64,000 bases of DNA from Octopus sinensis (lineage: Eukaryota). The notes below the pieces were generated by a model. That model was not told the origin of the DNA. It made no database searches and was given only the letters and a program-made list of their open reading frames with translations. This document shows, piece by piece, positions 52,717-64,000 of the stretch. The stretch covers positions 97,898,001 through 97,962,000 of the forward strand of contig NC_042997.1 in NCBI RefSeq assembly GCF_006345805.1, written 5' to 3'. The stretch's first letter is position 1, and each line of letters starts with the position of its first letter. The position numbers were made by a program, and so were the translations under genes.

Positions 52717-53793
52717 GAGAGGGCGAGAGATGTGTGCGTATGTATGTTATTTGTGTATGTATGTATGTATGTATGTATGTACTTATATACGTAGGCATAT
52801 TCGGATATATGAACAGCTAGCTAGCTAGATAGATGGATGCATGGATCGACAAACGTATAGATGCAGAAGTTGACTGCGAGAACAAGTATATAATATTCCA
52901 TAAAAATAACGATGGCATATAATAGATCATAACGGGGATATCATAACGAGACGTTGGTGTGTCGGGTAGAAAGATGGACTGACACAACGAGAAAGTAGTA
53001 GCAAACAAAAAAATGCGATATATCACGATCGTTCGACTATGCTAGAATAGCAGCCAAATTTTCCGCAAGTCACACACGCCGTACAGTTTTAAAAGAAGGA
53101 ACACTGGATAATGTAATCAATCGCAGTATGTATAATATTACTATAATACTTAAGTCATCAACCAAGAGAGTTTCTATGCAGCCGATCGATGCTACTAGAA
53201 AAAGCTGGCAAATCTTCAAAATCCCGCGATATCGTCTTAAAAAGGGCAATACATAGATGATGATGTAATGTTAAATGCTATACACGTTACTGATTTAAGT
53301 ACGAGATCACACATTTTTAAACAAAACGGATTGTCGATAGGATCGATCCCAGTGCCTGATGTTACTTTGTTTTACCACTCTGGAGGAATGAAAGGCAAAG
53401 TTGACCTCGGCTGAGTTGGAACTTAGAGCGTAATGAGTTGGAAGATATACTTGGAAGGCATTTTGCAATGCTCTAGCGATTCTGCTAGCTAGCCGCTTTA
53501 TTGCTAGATACTAAATGTAATGCTACTGTAGTACTAGATACATACAGTCGCTTGGCCCCCGCAAGATATAGTCAACCGAATACCCTTTAGTATATATATA
53601 TTGCTTTAGTTGTTAGACTGTGGTTATGCTGGGCACTGCTTTGAAGAATTTTAGTTGAACGAATCTACCCCAAGTACTTAATTTTTTTTTGTTAAGAAAG
53701 CCCTGTACTTTCTTTTTTTTTAGCGGCCTATTTTGCCGAACTGCTAACACACAACACCTGTTGTCAAGCGGTGATGGGGACAAATCCAATCAC

Positions 53794-53839
<46 letters not shown>

Positions 53840-54950
53840 TATATTATATATATATTATAGAGGAGAGAGAGCGAGAGGCGAGAGATGTGTGCGTATGTAT
53901 GTTATTTGTGTATGTATGTATGTATGTATGTATGTAGTACTTATATACGTAGGCATATTCGGATATATGAACAGCTAGCTAGCTAGATAGATGGATGCAT
54001 GGATCGACAAACGTATAGATGCAGAAGTTGACTGCGAGAACAAGTATATAATATTCCATAACGATGGGCATATAATAGATCATAACGGGGATATCATAAC
54101 GAGGACGTTGGTGTGTCGGGTAGAAAGATGGACTGACACAACGAAGAAAGTAGTAGCAAACAAAAAAATGCGATATATCACGATCGTTCGACTATGCTAG
54201 AAATAGCAGCCAAATTTTCCGCAAGTCACACGCCGTACAGTTTTAAAAGAGAAGGAAACACTGGATAATGTAATCGCAGTATGTATAATACTACTATATA
54301 CTTAAGTCATCAACCAAGAGAGTTTCTATGCAGCCGATCGATGCTACTAGAAAAAGCTGGCAAATCTTCAAAATCCCGCGATATCGTCTTAAAAAGGGCA
54401 ATACATAGATGATGATGTAATGTTAAATGCTATACACGTTACTGATTTAAGTACGAGATCAACAATTTTTAAACAAAAAGGATTGTCGATAGGATCGATC
54501 CCAGTGCCTGACTGTTACTTTGTTTTACCAACTCTGGAGGAATGAAAGGCAGAGTTGACCTCGGCTGAGTTGGAACTTAGAGCGTAATGAGTTGGAAGAT
54601 ATACTGGAAGGCATTTTGCAATGCTCTAGCGATTCTGCTAGCTAGCCGCTTTATTGCTAGATACTAAATGTAATGCTACTGTAGTACTAGATACATACAG
54701 TCGCTTGGCCCCCGCAAGATATAGCAACCGAATACCCTTTAGTATATATATATATTGCTTTAGTTGTTAGACTGTGGTTATGCTGGAGCACTGCTTTGAA
54801 GAATTTTAGTTGAACGAATCTACCCCAGTACTTAATTTTTTTTTGTTTAAGCCCTGTACTTTCTTTTTTTAGCGGCCTATTTTGCCGAACTGCTAACACA
54901 CCAACACCTGTTGTCAAGCGGTGATGGGGAACAAATCCAATCACACCACA
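52717..54950. repeat. ~1155-bp tandem duplication (two copies)
   Basis: ggcgagagatgtgtgcg at 52722 and 53877; copies colinear to acaaatccaatcacac; differences mostly small indels. Confidence 0.95.
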
Positions 54951-54969
54951 CACACACACACACCACAAC

Positions 54970-55019
<50 letters not shown>

Positions 55020-55097
55020 GTGTGTGTGTGTGTGTGTGTGTGTGCGTGTGTGTGTGTGTATGTAAATATATACATATATACACATACATATATATAC

Positions 55098-55139
<42 letters not shown>

Positions 55140-55416
55140 GGGCTTTTCCAGCTTTTTTCTGTCAAATCCACTCACAAGGGTTTGGTTGCCCTGAGGCTAT
55201 AGTAAAAGGTATTTGTCCGAGGTGCCACATAGTGGAACTGATCCCGGAACCATGTTGTTGTGAAGGAAATTTATCACCACACACCTACGCCTGCACACAT
55301 ACGCGCCTACTCCTCCCCCGAAAAGGTTATGGATGAAATGCCTTCGATTAGGCGTCGGTTCCATTAGGGATGATTTTAGGACTAAGGAACAGCTGCTGCT
55401 ACTACTAATGCTGCTG

Positions 55417-55450
<34 letters not shown>

Positions 55451-55744
55451 AACAACAAAAACAGCGCTGCATAAGTATATATGCACTGGTTTTTATAGTG
55501 ATACAACGCAGGGTCGGTTTTGCTTGACGTGGGAGGACACTACGACACTTCGGTTGGCAACCTGTTTGTTGGCTGATTTAGCCTGTTGTCACACTTTTCA
55601 ACCATTCACATGGCATATATAAAAGATATACGAAATCATATGACGGCATTCATAGAATTATTTTGAAGAAGGTATTTAGTTTTCACAAACCCGAAGATAA
55701 AACTAAGATTATGAGGGAAGCTAAAAACGATTGAGTGTAATTAG

Positions 55745-57045
55745 CTGTCACTCATATTAAGCGTTTATTCACTCAAAATCATCATATCACTCACATTAAT
55801 GGTCACTCAATTTAGTTTTTATTCACACAAAATCATTATATCACTCATATTAATTGTCACTCAATTTAATATTTATTCGCTCTAAATCATTATATCACTC
55901 ATATTAATTGTCACTCAATTTAGTTTTTATTCGCTCTAAATCATTATATCACTCATATTAATTGCCACTCAATTTAGTTTTTATTCGCACAAAATCATTA
56001 TATCAGTCATATTAATTGTCACTTGATTTAGTATTTATTCGCTCAAAATCATTATATCACTCATATTAATTGTCACTCACTTTAGTATTTATTCGCTCAA
56101 AATCATTATATCACTCACATTAAGGCGGCGAGCTGGCAGAAACGTTAGCATACTGGGCGAAATGCTTAGAGGTATTTCGTCTGTCTTCATGTTCTGAGTT
56201 CAAATTCTGCCGAGGTCGACTTTGCCTTTCATCCTTTCGAGGTCGATAAATTAAGTATCAGTTGCGAACTGGAGTAGAGCTAATCGATTGCCTGCCCCCT
56301 CCCCCCAAATTTCGGGCCTTGTGCCTAGAGTAGAAAAGTAGAAAAGGCGGTGAGCTTGCAGAATACTTTACCGTGCCGGACAAAATGCTTAGAAACATTT
56401 CTTCCGTCTTTACGTTCTGAGTTCAAACTACACTGAAGTCAATTCTGCCTTTCATCCTTTCTGGGGTGATGAAATAAGTTCCAGTTGAGCACTGGGATCG
56501 AGGTAGTCAAGGTAAAACAAACTTCAGGCCTTGTCACTATAGTCCTCATATAACTTGTAACTCATTTTAGTGACAAATAATATATTACTCACATTAATTA
56601 TATCAATCACTTTAATTGTCACTCAGTTCAGTATTTATTCATTCAAAGTCATTATATCACTTACATTAAGGCGGCAGAATTGTTAGCATGCCGGACGAAG
56701 AGCTGCTAAGCATTCCTTCCATCTTCATGTTCTGGGTTCAAATTCCGCCGAGGTCGACTTTGCTTTTCATCCTTTCGTAGTCGATAAAATAAGCAAGAGT
56801 TAGTACTGGGGTCGATATAATTAACACATCTCTCGCCCGAAATTGCTGGCCTTCTACCAAAATTTGAAATCATTATATCACTCAAATTAGTTGTCGCTCA
56901 TTTTTGTTTATTCACTCAAAATCGTTATATCACTCACATTAGTTGCCATTCATTTAGTGTTTATTCACTCAAAATCATTATATCACTCGAATTACTTGTC
57001 ACTCATTTAAGTGCTTACTCGAAATCATTATATCTCTCATCTATC
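55745..57045. repeat. 54-bp minisatellite array interrupted by SINE B copies
   Basis: Unit aaatcattatatcactcatattaattgtcactcaatttagtttttattcgctct; about 7 units before 56122 and further decayed units after each SINE. Confidence 0.93.
56122..56870 (+). mobile_element. Three SINE B copies within the minisatellite (56122-56340, 56345-56545, 56668-56870)
   Basis: aaggcggcgagctggcag-type heads and B bodies. Confidence 0.9.
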
Positions 57046-57189
57046 TTGGGCACTACCTTTTCTAGGTTATTTACAAAAGCCTACAAGGACATTTTATGGC
57101 CCACCAAATAGAAACATGTTTCTAGTTGCATTATACAACAATACAGTAGGACATAAATATTTTGAATTTAGAAGTTTAATCATATATTA

Positions 57190-57790
57190 ATGGTTTCAAA
57201 TTTTGACACAAAGCCAATAATTTTAGTGGGAAGAGATTAGTGGATTACATCGGTACCAGTGCTCAATTGGTACTTATATTATCAACTCAGAAATGATGCA
57301 AAGCAAACTCGACCTCGGCGGAATTTGAACTCAGAACGTAACAAGTCGAAAGAAATACTGCAAGGCATTTTGACCGACTCTCTAGTGATTGTGCCTACTC
57401 GCCGCCTAACTAATATGGTTTCAAATTTTTTCACAAGGGCAGCAATTTCGGTGGAGGGGATAAGTCGCTTACATCGATCCCAGTGTTTCACTGGTACTTA
57501 ATTTATCGACCCCGAAAGGTAAAGTCGACCTCGGCGGAGTTTGAACTCAGAATGTAAAATAAATCCTGACAAAATACCGCTAGGAATTTTGCCCGGTGAG
57601 CTAACGATTCTGCCAACTTGGCAAGATTTCATAGTTGTTTCAGATTTTGGCTCAACGCCATAAATTTTGAGGAGAGGAAGTTAGTAGACTGCATAGACCC
57701 CACTACTCAACTGATACTTATTTTATCGACCCAGAAAGAATGAAAGGCAAAGTCGACCTCAGCGGAATTTGAACTCAGAACGTAATGAAT
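57190..57790 (-). mobile_element. Three tandem SINE B copies (tail type 2)
   Basis: Repeated gtcgacctcggcggaatttgaactcagaa and gtttcaaatttt tail. Confidence 0.88.
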
Positions 57791-58177
57791 GAGCCGAGAG
57801 GTATACAACTAGACATTTGACCGATGCTCTAAATATATATTCTATAAGATACATATAAATTTAATACTGAAAAGGCGCATGGCCTCGAGGTTAATCAAAA
57901 TGGGACCCAGTCATATGATTGAGAGTTTCGATTCCAAGACCGGATTGAGGGCGCACTTTACTTCACTCGTCCTGCAAAAATGAGATTTAAGGCAAAGTGC
58001 CCGGTTAGCATCAAGTCAGCGCAGAAGTGCAAACGAGTTAAAACCACGAACAAAGGTCTTCAGGCAAGAAAAAGAAAAAGAAAAAAAAAACCTTCCTTCG
58101 GGTTACTGGTTTACTACGGTTTCTTTTTTTTTTTCTAAAATACAATTCACTGTAGAGTCTGAAGTCATTTATCTTCC

Positions 58178-58227
<50 letters not shown>

Positions 58228-58732
58228 CCTGCCCGCCCACCTCACTCAACTATGTCGCAAAAGTTAGCAAATGTTTTAAGAATGGATGCGTACAACTTTT
58301 CATAACAGCAAGGCTTACCCGATCATTATTTACATAGTTCTCTATGGTATATGCACAATACATTTCCTGCAAAACTCTCCATCTGGACCTCATCATGCAT
58401 CACTGATCTAGGGACTGATAATTACTATAGTTATCATTTAAAAGTTACTATGGTAAGATATCCATCCTCGTTTATCACTGACTCATCCATCACCAATCCT
58501 GAATAACACGGTACGCTCAGTTGTGAACCATGTTACGCTTATCACGAATTCATCTGTGATAACACGGAAAGTGTAATTGTTATGATATATTTCAATTATA
58601 ATTTTATTATTATTTACTGGTATATGTTATTAAAGTTTACCTTAAATATTATTCCAAACATGAAACAATATCATTATATCATTATGAAACAGTATCACTA
58701 CCGTTATCATTATGTGTTTAAAAACTGTTTGG

Positions 58733-59150
58733 GGATCTTTTCGGTTTGAACGGCAGTTTTTTTCTAGCGGTGTCATATAAAATTGTCACCCATAATTATG
58801 ACCCTAGTATCGATCTATTGCATTTCAGTTAGGGTTAGGGTTAGGGTTAGGGGTGGGGAAAGGGTATCTTTTTTTCTTCAGAATGTAAATAAACCCAATC
58901 TGTTTCTTAAACGAGGGACATATTCATACGGCACATAATGTTTTCATCTCAATAGACGTCGTTGATTGGTTGAAATTGAAGAAATCAAAGAAAAAAACCC
59001 AACAAATATCTTACAAACTATAGAATTTTCTCAATAAAGCCAAGAGAAAAAGATGTTTTATAAACACATTCTACCAGTATACGAAGTTTAAAAGTATTTA
59101 AGTTACGTGGAAATTATTTTAAAAAACTGCCGTTCAAACCGAAAAGATCC
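58733..59150. mobile_element. MITE with perfect 30-bp TIRs, 8-bp TSD and internal (TTAGGG)4
   Basis: TIR ggatcttttcggtttgaacggcagtttttt at both ends; TSD CTGTTTGG (58725-58732, 59151-59158); TTAGGG x4 at 58829-58852. Confidence 0.93.
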
Positions 59151-59575
59151 CTGTTTGGAGGTTTACAGCTTGAGGGTCTCGTAGCAAAACTTATTTTCTC
59201 CATGTGTTCTATTATTCATTTATCGCTAATTCATTTCACACAATTTTTGTTTTTAACCAAACGGCCGTAATAACGAGGACAAATGTGCTATAGTTACCTG
59301 GAGAGATATATTGATAATATTGAAACATGTCTATTGTGTCATCGTATAAGTCAAAGATCACTCTCACTGCTTATTGCATGTTCCTATTCATCTTTTAATT
59401 AATTTTCATTTTAATGATGAAGTTTTCTCTCCTGAGACATTTTATCAAAATTAATCATTAAGCTAATAATGTCCTCATATTTTCACCACTGGTGCAATTA
59501 TAGTTAATCAATTTTTTAACTGTCAGTTAAGTACGTTAGTACTGACTGGGTAGCAGTATATTACAGGTAATCATT

Positions 59576-59697
59576 GTCTACAGTTCTCACAGAACAGGCC
59601 ATATCACGTTGAAAGCATCGATTTTCGGCCGATCACCGAAGTTAAGCAACGTTGCACCTTAGATGGGTAAACGCTTGGGAAACCTATATGCTGAGAG
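59576..59697 (+). pseudogene. 5S rRNA pseudogene
   Basis: GTCTAC..GGCCATATCACGTTGAAAGCATCG..CCGATCACCGAAGTTAAGCAACGT..GATGGGT..CGCTTGGGAA..TGCTG follows invertebrate 5S; 15-nt insertion near the 5' end and ~10-nt internal deletion. Confidence 0.88.
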
Positions 59698-59711
59698 TAT
59701 CCTCTTTTGTA

Positions 59712-60130
59712 TAGGCCTAGGTATGGCTGTGTAATTAAGTAGTTTGCTTTGCAGCCACTTGGTTTCGGGTTCAAACAAGTGCGTGGTACCCTGGGCAAGT
59801 GTTTCCTGCTATAGCCTCGGACCGACCAATGTCTTGTGAGGAAAATTTGGCAGACGGAAACTGTGTTGAAGCCCGTCTCTCTCACTCCCTCTCTTTCACA
59901 TTCACACCCACATCCACGCACACATAAATGTTTGTGTATGCCTTGTGTTTTTACCCCACTACTTAGCAACCGGTATCGGTGTGCTTACGTCCCAGTAACT
60001 TAGTGGTTCCTCAAAAGAGACCTGTAGAATAACTGCTAGACTTTAAAAATAAATACTGAGATCGATTTGCTTGACTAAACCCTTCAAAGCAGTGCCCCAG
60101 CATGACCGTAGTCCAACGACTGAAACAAGC
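59712..60130 (+). mobile_element. Diverged SINE family A
   Basis: Matches the A pattern. Confidence 0.8.
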
Positions 60131-60519
60131 GTTAGGCAAAAAATAAAAAGTAAAACGGTAACTCTAAATTATTGATTAATGATTATCATTACTTAAAAGT
60201 ATAGTTCCTGCTTATTCGGACCTTCCTTGTGTTTAATATTAACAATAGAATTATTATTGTTAATATTTAATCACAAGGAAGATTTGAATAAGCAGATTTA
60301 TGACCAAAGGCAGTTCAGCCATGAGAGGCCTAGTGTTTATGTAGACATTCTATAAAGAATCACACATTCCAATGGGACCAACTTTTTGCAAGAGGGTAGG
60401 GAATGATTTCAGGTAGCTTTGTGGCTATTTCTAGCAATCGAATGACCACAGAGGGGCTTCTTAGGTTGGCAGTCATTTTCACTGAATGTGTGTGTGTGTG
60501 TGTGTGTGTGTGGAGAGAG

Positions 60520-60570
<51 letters not shown>

Positions 60571-60984
60571 TGAGAGAGAGAAACAGAGAGATAGAGATAG
60601 ATAGATAGATAGACAGAGAGAGAGAGGGAGAGAGAGAGAGAGGGAGAGAGAGAGAGAGAGCAGTATGGACGAAAGGTTAAGAATTTCGATTCTTCGGTTA
60701 CGGGTTCAAGCCACCCGTATCGCATTGTTGATAACATGTCATTTTCTATAGATTTCTGAATGAAATTTGGCAGAAGCCTGTCAAGTGGATTGTACATTAA
60801 TATTCGAAAGATACAACCTTAATACACACTGTGTTAAGGGTACAAGTGCCTGTGGAATGCTGAGCTTCTTGCAATTTAATTAAGGAGCGGGTAATTTAGT
60901 TGATCGTAAAATTGAATTCTGATCGTCGAATGACAGGGACCCACACCATATGTATGTATGCATGTATGATACATATCTGCTTTC

Positions 60985-61029
<45 letters not shown>

Positions 61030-61246
61030 TGGTTTTTGTTTTTTCCAGTTTCAGCTCTTGAGCTGTGCCATGCTGGGGCACCGCCATTGTGGTGAAAGAG
61101 TACAGCAGGGATCACCACCCTGCCGAGCCTCGTAGAGCTTTTAGGTGTTTTCGCTCAATAAACACACACAAACGCCGGTCTGAGAATCGAAACCGCGATC
61201 CTGCTACCGCGAGTATCGTCTGCCCTAACCCCTAGGCCATTGCGCC

Positions 61247-61307
<61 letters not shown>

Positions 61308-62113
61308 TATATATGGTGGTGTCCAGGATGAAAGAATACAGGAATATGAACGAGCATAAACACACACACACACACACACACACACAACACACACACACAC
61401 ACACACACACATACAGAGTATAATGATGCTTTCAAGTTTTGGCACCAAGGCCACCAATTTCGTTGAAAGGATAGGTTGATTACATTGACCCCAAAGCTCA
61501 ACTGGTACTTATTTTATCGACCTCCGAAAGGCAAATTCAGCCTCGGCAGAAATTGAATTCAGAACGTAAAGACGCAACGGAAGCTGTTAAGCATTTGGCC
61601 CAGCGTGCTAACTATTCGACCAACTTGCCAATTATGTACGTGTAAAGGATGGGTTGCAGCAAATATTATGCTGAATGCCACGGATTTCCTCGTCAGATGC
61701 TTGATCGTAACCGGTTGAGCATGTCCATTAGTGGCTGGCTGTATATGTGCATCACTGATGAAGAGCAGCATATGCCATCATAGCCATATGTTGTGAGAAA
61801 TTCTTTGGGGTTTCAATGATTCATCCTTGGAAACACGGATGTTTCGTTCAATGTCTTTGAACAGCCCTTATTCAGTGACCTTCTGAGCGAGATGGGCTAC
61901 TCTATCTGAAGAAAATTCTAACTACAACCTCCTGTAAAGTCATGCGCTGTTTATCTCGATACGAGATCTTCATGTCGCGCACATATGGTTGTGGTGCCTG
62001 GTGTACCCTTATCTGATGGGTAGTCATGATGGGTGTACTGGGCTTCGTATACTTGCACCCTAGTGTCACTTTGACGACATGCGCTGCTTTCTCACTCAAT
62101 GCTGCTGCTGCTG

Positions 62114-62149
<36 letters not shown>

Positions 62150-62311
62150 ATAATAATAATAATAATAATTACAACAACAACAAAAACAACAACAACAACA
62201 ACAGCAAGGCTAGTAATTTCGAGGATCTGATACAGCTAAGCAACGCGAAATATATATATATATAGCTATATCTACTATAATATTATATTATATATATATG
62301 TATATATCACG

Positions 62312-62344
<33 letters not shown>

Positions 62345-62345
<1 letters not shown>

Positions 62346-62595
62346 ATATAGGGTAAAAAAATTCTTAATTATATTAATAAATTTTACCAAGTAGTTTCGG
62401 TATGGAAAAGAACGATATTCGTAAAAATACTTATACAAGAATTTTATATATAATTATAACAACAATTAAGGGTTTAGCAACAAGTTGCTTCACCACATAC
62501 TGAAAATTTAGAAATAACGGTCTTTTGGCTGCTATTTCTAAATTTTCGGTATGTGGTGAAGCAACTTGTTGCTAAATCCTTAATTATTGTTATAA
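62345..62595. mobile_element. Penelope-like repeat fragment folded back on itself
   Basis: Homologous to 34850-35045; inverted arms 62454-62515 / 62532-62595. Confidence 0.8.
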
Positions 62596-62598
62596 ATG

Positions 62599-62630
<32 letters not shown>

Positions 62631-62854
62631 TTTCTACACAAGGCCTGAAATTTTGAGGGAGGTATAAGACCATTACTTCGGCTCCAATATTCAACTGGTA
62701 CTTATTTTATCGATCCCAAAGAGATGAAAGGCAATGTCGACCACGAAGGAATTTGAACTCAGAACGTAAAGACGGACGAAATGCCACTAAGCATTTTACC
62801 CGGCGTGCTAACTATTCTACCAGCTCGCCACCTTACATAGCTCTCTTTCTTTCT

Positions 62855-62895
<41 letters not shown>

Positions 62896-63331
62896 TCTCT
62901 CTCTCTACACACACATATATTAATGTTCATCTTTATTGTAAAAAAACATTTTACATAAAACTGAAATACTTCTCAATACTTTTTGTAGAGCACATGATTG
63001 CTTTTTTAAACAAGAGTATTATTGATTGAAACTTCAAAGTTTCGACCAGCTGAGCCATCATCGGACTTGATGGCTTAGCTGTACACACACACACGCACAC
63101 ACATGCACATATATGTATCTGTGTATTTGAGTGAGTATGTTCTTGGTAATTTTTTTGTAGAAACCTTAGCGGAAAGGAAGGATTGTCTGCAGTTAGAAAC
63201 AGTAAATCAGATATGCGTAAAATCTTAAAACTTATCGCTTTATACTCGGAGTGGCACTATAGTCCATAGCACGTGAAAAGGTGAGACAGCCATGACCAGA
63301 ATTTTTTGGGGTCTTAGGTTTATTTAATGAG

Positions 63332-63567
63332 GAAGGCGGCGAGCTGGCAGAAAGGTTAGCACGCCGGGGGAAATACTAAGCGGTATTTCATCTATCTTTA
63401 CGTTCTGAGTTCAAATTCCGCCGAGGTCAAATTTGTCTTTCATCCTTTCGGGGTCGATTAAATAAGTACCAGTTACGCACTGGGGTCGATACAATCGACT
63501 TAATCCGTTTGTCTGTCCTTGTTTGTCCTCTCTGTGTTTAGCCCCTTGTGGGTAGTAAAGAAATAGT
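63332..63567 (+). mobile_element. SINE family B monomer, full length, tail type 1
   Basis: aaggcggcgagctggcag head, gagttcaaattcc B box, tttcatcctttcggggtcgat...aagtaccag conserved body, gccccttgtgggtagtaaagaaatag tail. Confidence 0.92.
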
Positions 63568-64000
63568 TTATTTGATGAGGACTGGTCTGGGGCTAAACAA
63601 CAAGAACAAGAACAGCGTGCACACAAACAAGAACAACATGTTCCCTTCGAACGTGATTTGGGAGATCCGGTATTTATTTACTAATTTAACAATTTTTGAC
63701 TTGCTTTGAAGGTTTTTCTCGAACAGATCGACCTAAGTCACTTTTTTTAAAAAACCTGGTACTTTTCCATCAATTTGTTTGTGCCGAACCCCTAAACTAC
63801 TTGGACGTAAACAAACGAACACCAGTTATCAAGCGGTGGTAGGGAACAAACACAGGTTTAAAGGCACACACATACATAGATATATACAATTATCTACCAA
63901 ATTCACGGACAAGCTTTTGGTCGACTCGGGGTTGAAGCAGAAAGACACTGCGGTGAAAGGAATTTTGGCGTTAATTCGTTGGAAATGAAAAAGAACTGAA

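Noticed and set aside
55745-56120. CRISPR-like or coding (18-codon) repeat array
   Set aside because: Contiguous units with no unique spacers, no cas genes, eukaryotic context, and stops in most frames
58313-58400. Minus-strand mini-ORF MMRSRWRVLQEMYCAYTIENYVNNDR ending at a GTAAGC donor
   Set aside because: No recognisable homology; expected by chance
58829-58852. Telomere or chromosome-fusion scar
   Set aside because: Only four units, lying inside a TIR/TSD-bounded MITE

Overview
Eukaryotic, AT-rich, microsatellite-dense and essentially non-genic DNA. The SINE repertoire points to an octopod cephalopod genome (inference, no search run). The window is a mosaic of mobile-element debris: three tRNA-headed SINE families (here A, B, C; dozens of copies), three full-length but dead mariner elements, hAT (ZMYM/DUF4371-type) and Chapaev3-type transposase pseudogenes, CR1/L2-, R4/Dong- and HERO-like LINE relics, non-autonomous Helitrons, MITEs, a 5S rRNA pseudogene, a 54-bp minisatellite, a 100-N gap and a ~1.15-kb tandem duplication that looks like an assembly artefact. 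No intact protein-coding gene is visible; two short candidate exons (39779-39840, 41096-41147) could encode a CUB-domain junction. Most interesting: (1) an intact minimal type I hammerhead ribozyme at 13478-13539 in a Penelope-like repeat, with a homologous copy at 35144-35201 showing compensatory stem changes; (2) two 1.6-2 kb retroposons carrying only a gag-like CCHC ORF1, one bounded by a TSD inside a SINE head; (3) SINE B multimers whose units always restart at the same position and share a 3' stem-loop tail with one ORF1-only element, suggesting a self-targeting SINE mobilised by an L1/Tx1-type partner. Most ORFs in the supplied track are microsatellite translations.
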